Positions 55,401-64,000 of a stretch of DNA of 64,000 nucleotides are shown one piece after another. The notes under the pieces are model-generated. The model ran no database searches, had not been told where the DNA came from, and saw only the letters and a program-made list of their open reading frames with translations. The stretch lies in NCBI GenBank assembly GCA_964016885.1, contig CAXHJY010001603.1, positions 89,932 to 153,931 on the forward strand. Direction: 5' to 3'. Every line of letters begins with the position of its first letter. Position 1 is the stretch's first letter. Origin of the DNA: Eledone cirrhosa. Taxonomy: Eukaryota. A program made the translations under genes and the position numbers.

Positions 55401-58400
55401 TGTGGCGTGAATTTCAGCAAGATATCTCCGTAAAATCAATAGTTGTGGCTGTGGAACCAAACCGTGTTAAACGTCAACAAAGTCCGCCGGCGAATGGTGT
55501 GCTTCGAAGAAAACGAATCCAAAAATGTCGATTTGCCGGCGGAGTTACCTTTTCAATCGCGGGCCGGCCGCCCGTGTCCGGATCGATCTGTAATTACTGG
55601 GACATGTGCAGACACTCATTGGCTATGTGTGGCGTGAATTTCAGCAAGATACCTCCGTAAAATCAATAGTTGTGGTTGTGGAACCAAACCGTGTTAAACG
55701 TCAACAAAGTCCGCCGGCGAATGGTGTGCTTCGAAGAAAACGAATCCAAAAATGACGATTAGCCGGCGGATTTACCTTTTCAATCGCGGGCCGGCCGTCC
55801 GTGGTCGGATCGATCTGTAATTACTGGTACATGTGCAGACACTCATTGGCTATGTGTGGCGTGAATTTCAGCAAGATATCTCCGTAAAATCAATAGTTGT
55901 GGCTGTGGAACCAAACCGTGTTAAACGTCAACAAAGTCCGCCGGCGAATGGTGTGCTTCGAAGAAAACGAATCCAAAAATGACGATTAGCCGGCGGATTT
56001 ACCTTTTCAATCGCGGGCCGGCCGCCCGTGTCCGGATCGATCTGTAATTACTGGGACATGTGCAGACACTCATTGGCTATGTGTGGCGTGAATTTCAGCA
56101 AGATACCTCCGTAAAATCAATAGTTGTGGTTGTGGGACCAAACCGTGTTAAACGTCAACAAAGTCCGCCGGCGAATGGTGTGCTTCGAAGAAAACGAATC
56201 CAAAAATGACGATTAGCCGGCGGATTTACCTTTTCAATCGCGGGCCGGCCGTCCGTGGTCGGATCGATCTGTAATTACTGGTACATGTGCAGACACTCAT
56301 TGGCTATGTGTGGCGTGAATTTCAGCAAGATATCTCCGTAAAATCAATAGTTGTGGCTGTGGAACCAAACCGTGTTAAACGTCAACAAAGTCCGCCGGCG
56401 AATGGTGTGCTTCGAAGAAAACGAATCCAAAAATGACGATTAGCCGGCGGATTTACCTTTTCAATCGCGGGCCGGCCGCCCGTGGTCGGATCGATCTGTA
56501 ATTACTGGTACATGTGCAGACACTCATTGGCTATGTGTGGCGTGAATTTCAGCAAGATATCTCCGTAAAATCAATAGTTGTGGTTGTGGAACCAAACCGT
56601 GTTAAACGTCAACAAAGTCCGCCGGCGAATGGTGTGCTTCGAAGAAAACGAATCCAAAAATGACGATTAGCCGGCGGATTTACCTTTTCAATCGCGGGCC
56701 GGCCGTCCGTGGTCGGATCGATCTGTAATTACTGGTACATGTGCAGACACTCATTGGCTATGTGTGGCGTGAATTTCAGCAAGATATCTCCGTAAAATCA
56801 ATAGTTGTGGCTGTGGAACCAAACCGTGTTAAACGTCAACAAAGTCCGCCGGCGAATGGTGTGCTTCGAAGAAAACGAATCCAAAAATGACGATTAGCCG
56901 GCGGATTTACCTTTTCAATCGCGGGCCGGCCGCCCGTGGTCGGATCGATCTGTAATTACTGGTACATGTGCAGACACTCATTGGCTATGTGTGGCGTGAA
57001 TTTCAGCAAGATATCTCCGTAAAATCAATAGTTGTGGCTGTGGAACCAAACCGTGTTAAACGTCAACAAAGTCCGCCGGCGAATGGTGTGCTTCGAAGAA
57101 AACGAATCCAAAAATGACGATTAGCCGGCGGATTTACCTTTTCAATCGCGGGCCGGCCGTCCGTGGTCGGATCGATCTGTAATTACTGGTACATGTGCAG
57201 ACACTCATTGGCTATGTGTGGCGTGAATTTCAGCAAGATATCTCCGTAAAATCAATAGTTGTGGCTGTGGAACCAAACCGTGTTAAACGTCAACAAAGTC
57301 CGCCGGCGAATGGTGTGCTTCGAAGAAAACGAATCCAAAAATGACGATTAGCCGGCGGATTTACCTTTTCAATCGCGGGCCGGCCGCCCGTGGTCGGATC
57401 GATCTGTAATTACTGGTACATGTGCAGACACTCATTGGCTATGTGTGGCGTGAATTTCAGCCAGATATCTCCGTAAAATCAATAGTTGTGGCTGTGGAAC
57501 CAAACCGTGTTAAACGTCAACAAAGTCCGCCGGCGAATGGTGTGCTTCGAAGAAAACGAATCCAAAAATGACGATTAGCCGGCGGATTTACCTTTTCAAT
57601 CGCGGGCCGGCCGCCCGTGGTCGGATCGATCTGTAATTACTGGTACATGTGCAGACACTCATTGGCTATGTGTGGCGTGAATTTCAGCAAGATATCTCCG
57701 TAAAATCAATAGTTGTGGCTGTGGAACCAAACCGTGTTAAACGTCAACAAAGTCCGCCGGCGAATGGTGTGCTTCGAAGAAAACGAATCCAAAAATGACG
57801 ATTAGCCGGCGGATTTACCTTTTCAATCGCGGGCCGGCCGTCCGTGGTCGGATCGATCTGTAATTACTGGTACATGTGCAGACACTCATTGGCTATGTGT
57901 GGCGTGAATTTCAGCAAGATATCTCCGTAAAATCAATAGTTGTGGCTGTGGAACCAAACCGTGTTAAACGTCAACAAAGTCCGCCGGCGAATGGTGTGCT
58001 TCGAAGAAAACGAATCCAAAAATGACGATTAGCCGGCGGATTTACCTTTTCAATCGCGGGCCGGCCGCCCGTGTCCGGATCGATCTGTAATTACTGGGAC
58101 ATGTGCAGACACTCATTGGCTATGTGTGGCGTGAATTTCAGCAAGATACCTCCGTAAAATCAATAGTTGTGGTTGTGGAACCAAACCGTGTTAAACGTCA
58201 ACAAAGTCCGCCGGCGAATGGTGTGCTTCGAAGAAAACGAATCCAAAAATGACGATTAGCCGGCGGATTTACCTTTTCAATCGCGGGCCGGCCGTCCGTG
58301 GTCGGATCGATCTGTAATTACTGGTACATGTGCAGACACTCATTGGCTATGTGTGGCGTGAATTTCAGCAAGATATCTCCGTAAAATCAATAGTTGTGGC

Positions 58401-61400
58401 TGTGGAACCAAACCGTGTTAAACGTCAACAAAGTCCGCCGGCGAATGGTGTGCTTCGAAGAAAACGAATCCAAAAATGACGATTAGCCGGCGGATTTACC
58501 TTTTCAATCGCGGGCCGGCCGCCCGTGTCCGGATCGATCTGTAATTACTGGGACATGTGCAGACACTCATTGGCTATGTGTGGCGTGAATTTCAGCAAGA
58601 TACCTCCGTAAAATCAATAGTTGTGGTTGTGGGACCAAACCGTGTTAAACGTCAACAAAGTCCGCCGGCGAATGGTGTGCTTCGAAGAAAACGAATCCAA
58701 AAATGACGATTAGCCGGCGGATTTACCTTTTCAATCGCGGGCCGGCCGTCCGTGGTCGGATCGATCTGTAATTACTGGTACATGTGCAGACACTCATTGG
58801 CTATGTGTGGCGTGAATTTCAGCAAGATATCTCCGTAAAATCAATAGTTGTGGCTGTGGAACCAAACCGTGTTAAACGTCAACAAAGTCCGCCGGCGAAT
58901 GGTGTGCTTCGAAGAAAACGAATCCAAAAATGACGATTAGCCGGCGGATTTACCTTTTCAATCGCGGGCCGGCCGCCCGTGGTCGGATCGATCTGTAATT
59001 ACTGGTACATGTGCAGACACTCATTGGCTATGTGTGGCGTGAATTTCAGCAAGATATCTCCGTAAAATCAATAGTTGTGGTTGTGGAACCAAACCGTGTT
59101 AAACGTCAACAAAGTCCGCCGGCGAATGGTGTGCTTCGAAGAAAACGAATCCAAAAATGACGATTAGCCGGCGGATTTACCTTTTCAATCGCGGGCCGGC
59201 CGTCCGTGGTCGGATCGATCTGTAATTACTGGTACATGTGCAGACACTCATTGGCTATGTGTGGCGTGAATTTCAGCAAGATATCTCCGTAAAATCAATA
59301 GTTGTGGCTGTGGAACCAAACCGTGTTAAACGTCAACAAAGTCCGCCGGCGAATGGTGTGCTTCGAAGAAAACGAATCCAAAAATGACGATTAGCCGGCG
59401 GATTTACCTTTTCAATCGCGGGCCGGCCGCCCGTGGTCGGATCGATCTGTAATTACTGGTACATGTGCAGACACTCATTGGCTATGTGTGGCGTGAATTT
59501 CAGCAAGATATCTCCGTAAAATCAATAGTTGTGGCTGTGGAACCAAACCGTGTTAAACGTCAACAAAGTCCGCCGGCGAATGGTGTGCTTCGAAGAAAAC
59601 GAATCCAAAAATGACGATTAGCCGGCGGATTTACCTTTTCAATCGCGGGCCGGCCGTCCGTGGTCGGATCGATCTGTAATTACTGGTACATGTGCAGACA
59701 CTCATTGGCTATGTGTGGCGTGAATTTCAGCAAGATATCTCCGTAAAATCAATAGTTGTGGCTGTGGAACCAAACCGTGTTAAACGTCAACAAAGTCCGC
59801 CGGCGAATGGTGTGCTTCGAAGAAAACGAATCCAAAAATGACGATTAGCCGGCGGATTTACCTTTTCAATCGCGGGCCGGCCGCCCGTGGTCGGATCGAT
59901 CTGTAATTACTGGTACATGTGCAGACACTCATTGGCTATGTGTGGCGTGAATTTCAGCCAGATATCTCCGTAAAATCAATAGTTGTGGCTGTGGAACCAA
60001 ACCGTGTTAAACGTCAACAAAGTCCGCCGGCGAATGGTGTGCTTCGAAGAAAACGAATCCAAAAATGACGATTAGCCGGCGGATTTACCTTTTCAATCGC
60101 GGGCCGGCCGCCCGTGGTCGGATCGATCTGTAATTACTGGTACATGTGCAGACACTCATTGGCTATGTGTGGCGTGAATTTCAGCAAGATATCTCCGTAA
60201 AATCAATAGTTGTGGCTGTGGAACCAAACCGTGTTAAACGTCAACAAAGTCCGCCGGCGAATGGTGTGCTTCGAAGAAAACGAATCCAAAAATGACGATT
60301 AGCCGGCGGATTTACCTTTTCAATCGCGGGCCGGCCGTCCGTGGTCGGATCGATCTGTAATTACTGGTACATGTGCAGACACTCATTGGCTATGTGTGGC
60401 GTGAATTTCAGCAAGATATCTCCGTAAAATCAATAGTTGTGGCTGTGGAACCAAACCGTGTTAAACGTCAACAAAGTCCGCCGGCGAATGGTGTGCTTCG
60501 AAGAAAACGAATCCAAAAATGACGATTAGCCGGCGGATTTACCTTTTCAATCGCGGGCCGGCCGCCCGTGTCCGGATCGATCTGTAATTACTGGGACATG
60601 TGCAGACACTCATTGGCTATGTGTGGCGTGAATTTCAGCAAGATACCTCCGTAAAATCAATAGTTGTGGTTGTGGGACCAAACCGTGTTAAACGTCAACA
60701 AAGTCCGCCGGCGAATGGTGTGCTTCGAAGAAAACGAATCCAAAAATGACGATTAGCCGGCGGATTTACCTTTTCAATCGCGGGCCGGCCGTCCGTGGTC
60801 GGATCGATCTGTAATTACTGGTACATGTGCAGACACTCATTGGCTATGTGTGGCGTGAATTTCAGCAAGATATCTCCGTAAAATCAATAGTTGTGGCTGT
60901 GGAACCAAACCGTGTTAAACGTCAACAAAGTCCGCCGGCGAATGGTGTGCTTCGAAGAAAACGAATCCAAAAATGTCGATTTGCCGGCGGAGTTACCTTT
61001 TCAATCGCGGGCCGGCCGCCCGTGTCCGGATCGATCTGTAATTACTGGGACATGTGCAGACACTCATTGGCTATGTGTGGCGTGAATTTCAGCAAGATAC
61101 CTCCGTAAAATCAATAGTTGTGGTTGTGGAACCAAACCGTGTTAAACGTCAACAAAGTCCGCCGGCGAATGGTGTGCTTCGAAGAAAACGAATCCAAAAA
61201 TGACGATTAGCCGGCGGATTTACCTTTTCAATCGCGGGCCGGCCGTCCGTGGTCGGATCGATCTGTAATTACTGGTACATGTGCAGACACTCATTGGCTA
61301 TGTGTGGCGTGAATTTCAGCAAGATATCTCCGTAAAATCAATAGTTGTGGCTGTGGAACCAAACCGTGTTAAACGTCAACAAAGTCCGCCGGCGAATGGT

Positions 61401-64000
61401 GTGCTTCGAAGAAAACGAATCCAAAAATGACGATTAGCCGGCGGATTTACCTTTTCAATCGCGGGCCGGCCGCCCGTGTCCGGATCGATCTGTAATTACT
61501 GGGACATGTGCAGACACTCATTGGCTATGTGTGGCGTGAATTTCAGCAAGATACCTCCGTAAAATCAATAGTTGTGGTTGTGGGACCAAACCGTGTTAAA
61601 CGTCAACAAAGTCCGCCGGCGAATGGTGTGCTTCGAAGAAAACGAATCCAAAAATGACGATTAGCCGGCGGATTTACCTTTTCAATCGCGGGCCGGCCGT
61701 CCGTGGTCGGATCGATCTGTAATTACTGGTACATGTGCAGACACTCATTGGCTATGTGTGGCGTGAATTTCAGCAAGATATCTCCGTAAAATCAATAGTT
61801 GTGGCTGTGGAACCAAACCGTGTTAAACGTCAACAAAGTCCGCCGGCGAATGGTGTGCTTCGAAGAAAACGAATCCAAAAATGACGATTAGCCGGCGGAT
61901 TTACCTTTTCAATCGCGGGCCGGCCGCCCGTGGTCGGATCGATCTGTAATTACTGGTACATGTGCAGACACTCATTGGCTATGTGTGGCGTGAATTTCAG
62001 CAAGATATCTCCGTAAAATCAATAGTTGTGGTTGTGGAACCAAACCGTGTTAAACGTCAACAAAGTCCGCCGGCGAATGGTGTGCTTCGAAGAAAACGAA
62101 TCCAAAAATGACGATTAGCCGGCGGATTTACCTTTTCAATCGCGGGCCGGCCGTCCGTGGTCGGATCGATCTGTAATTACTGGTACATGTGCAGACACTC
62201 ATTGGCTATGTGTGGCGTGAATTTCAGCAAGATATCTCCGTAAAATCAATAGTTGTGGCTGTGGAACCAAACCGTGTTAAACGTCAACAAAGTCCGCCGG
62301 CGAATGGTGTGCTTCGAAGAAAACGAATCCAAAAATGACGATTAGCCGGCGGATTTACCTTTTCAATCGCGGGCCGGCCGCCCGTGGTCGGATCGATCTG
62401 TAATTACTGGTACATGTGCAGACACTCATTGGCTATGTGTGGCGTGAATTTCAGCAAGATATCTCCGTAAAATCAATAGTTGTGGCTGTGGAACCAAACC
62501 GTGTTAAACGTCAACAAAGTCCGCCGGCGAATGGTGTGCTTCGAAGAAAACGAATCCAAAAATGACGATTAGCCGGCGGATTTACCTTTTCAATCGCGGG
62601 CCGGCCGTCCGTGGTCGGATCGATCTGTAATTACTGGTACATGTGCAGACACTCATTGGCTATGTGTGGCGTGAATTTCAGCAAGATATCTCCGTAAAAT
62701 CAATAGTTGTGGCTGTGGAACCAAACCGTGTTAAACGTCAACAAAGTCCGCCGGCGAATGGTGTGCTTCGAAGAAAACGAATCCAAAAATGACGATTAGC
62801 CGGCGGATTTACCTTTTCAATCGCGGGCCGGCCGCCCGTGGTCGGATCGATCTGTAATTACTGGTACATGTGCAGACACTCATTGGCTATGTGTGGCGTG
62901 AATTTCAGCCAGATATCTCCGTAAAATCAATAGTTGTGGCTGTGGAACCAAACCGTGTTAAACGTCAACAAAGTCCGCCGGCGAATGGTGTGCTTCGAAG
63001 AAAACGAATCCAAAAATGACGATTAGCCGGCGGATTTACCTTTTCAATCGCGGGCCGGCCGCCCGTGTCCGGATCGATCTGTAATTACTGGGACATGTGC
63101 AGACACTCATTGGCTATGTGTGGCGTGAATTTCAGCAAGATACCTCCGTAAAATCAATAGTTGTGGTTGTGGGACCAAACCGTGTTAAACGTCAACAAAG
63201 TCCGCCGGCGAATGGTGTGCTTCGAAGAAAACGAATCCAAAAATGACGATTAGCCGGCGGATTTACCTTTTCAATCGCGGGCCGGCCGTCCGTGGTCGGA
63301 TCGATCTGTAATTACTGGTACATGTGCAGACACTCATTGGCTATGTGTGGCGTGAATTTCAGCAAGATATCTCCGTAAAATCAATAGTTGTGGCTGTGGA
63401 ACCAAACCGTGTTAAACGTCAACAAAGTCCGCCGGCGAATGGTGTGCTTCGAAGAAAACGAATCCAAAAATGTCGATTTGCCGGCGGAGTTACCTTTTCA
63501 ATCGCGGGCCGGCCGCCCGTGTCCGGATCGATCTGTAATTACTGGGACATGTGCAGACACTCATTGGCTATGTGTGGCGTGAATTTCAGCAAGATACCTC
63601 CGTAAAATCAATAGTTGTGGTTGTGGAACCAAACCGTGTTAAACGTCAACAAAGTCCGCCGGCGAATGGTGTGCTTCGAAGAAAACGAATCCAAAAATGA
63701 CGATTAGCCGGCGGATTTACCTTTTCAATCGCGGGCCGGCCGTCCGTGGTCGGATCGATCTGTAATTACTGGTACATGTGCAGACACTCATTGGCTATGT
63801 GTGGCGTGAATTTCAGCAAGATATCTCCGTAAAATCAATAGTTGTGGCTGTGGAACCAAACCGTGTTAAACGTCAACAAAGTCCGCCCGGCGAATGGTGT
63901 GCTTCGAAGAAAACGAATCCAAAAATGACGATTAGCCGGCGGATTTACCTTTTCAATCGCGGGCCGGCCGCCCGTGTCCGGATCGATCTGTAATTACTGG
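52428..64000. repeat. 11/11/13-monomer HOR series summing to a 35-monomer (7945 bp) super-period
   Basis: CAGCCAGAT monomers start at 54925, 57422, 59919 and 62870 (steps of 11, 11 and 13 monomers). Type T monomers at 52882/60827 and 55379/63324 are 7945 bp apart. The variant order of 52428-56059 is repeated at 60373-64000. Confidence 0.88.

Larger units (their letters stand above)
1..64000. repeat. Tandem satellite DNA array, 227/228-bp monomer, about 282 head-to-tail copies, running off both window edges
   Basis: The landmark GTGCAGACACTCATTGG recurs at 203, 431, 659, 887, 1114 ... 4304, 4532, then every 227 bp (4759, 4986 ... 50613; a 1-bp deletion shifts the register to 50839 ... 63778). 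Monomers differ by only a few substitutions. No inversion or foreign sequence seen. Confidence 0.99.
4501..64000. repeat. Satellite subfamily R: 227-bp monomers of type A (TGACGATTAGCCGGCGGATTTA) and type T (TGTCGATTTGCCGGCGGAGTTA)
   Basis: Essentially fixed states GTCCGCCGGCG, GAATCCAAAAA, GGCGTG, GATCGATC and GTAATTAC. The 93-aa ORFs in the track mark type T monomers (84 of them), because type T lacks the TGA stop. Confidence 0.97.

Noticed and set aside
32-63993. Repeated 64-93 aa ORFs (MQTLIGYVW..., MWLWNQT..., MLKFRPH...)
   Set aside because: The plus-strand ORFs begin at GTG, overlap one another, appear or vanish with single satellite SNPs or the 227/228 frameshift, and resemble no protein family I recognise. 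They are repeat artefacts.
1-64000. CRISPR array or other repeat-spacer system
   Set aside because: There are no unique spacers; the entire 227-bp unit is repeated, and no cas genes are present.
1-64000. Tandem 5S rRNA, tRNA, snRNA or spliced-leader gene array
   Set aside because: No recognisable 5S sequence, cloverleaf, B box (GTTCRANNC) or Sm site. TGGCGTGAATT is only a weak A-box resemblance. An Rfam/Infernal scan would settle this.
1-64000. Whole array as an artefact (rolling-circle or PCR concatemer, or assembler expansion)
   Set aside because: Shared variants form structured HORs, bounded territories and two subfamilies, which a concatemer of one template would not produce. Individual near-exact block duplications still need read confirmation.
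1-64000. Telomeric or subtelomeric repeat motifs
   Set aside because: No TTAGGG, TTTAGGG or TTAGG-type tracts on either strand of the monomer.

Overview
The whole 64 kb window is one uninterrupted head-to-tail tandem satellite array of about 282 monomers, all in one orientation. I see no unique sequence, transposon insertion, RNA gene or credible protein-coding gene; every ORF in the track is a by-product of the repeat. Consensus 227-bp monomer (48% GC, 19 CpG, counted by hand): GTGCAGACACTCATTGGCTATGTGTGGCGTGAATTTCAGCAAGATATCTCCGTAAAATCAATAGTTGTGGCTGTGGAACCAAACCGTGTTAAACGTCAACAAAGTCCGCCGGCGAATGGTGTGCTTCGAAGAAAACGAATCCAAAAATGACGATTAGCCGGCGGATTTACCTTTTCAATCGCGGGCCGGCCGCCCGTGGTCGGATCGATCTGTAATTACTGGTACAT. 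Positions 1 to about 4500 hold a mostly 228-bp subfamily with a 7-mer higher-order repeat (HOR). From about 4500 to the end lies a 227-bp subfamily made of two linked-SNP monomer types, arranged in successive local HORs or block duplications (17-, 4-, 11-, 16-, 11/13- and 35-mer). Each 227-bp monomer carries a CENP-B-box-like 17-mer inside a 19-bp imperfect inverted repeat, plus up to six 8-bp palindromes. By inference this is a eukaryotic centromeric or pericentromeric satellite. I do not recognise the family or the organism, and function cannot be established from sequence alone.
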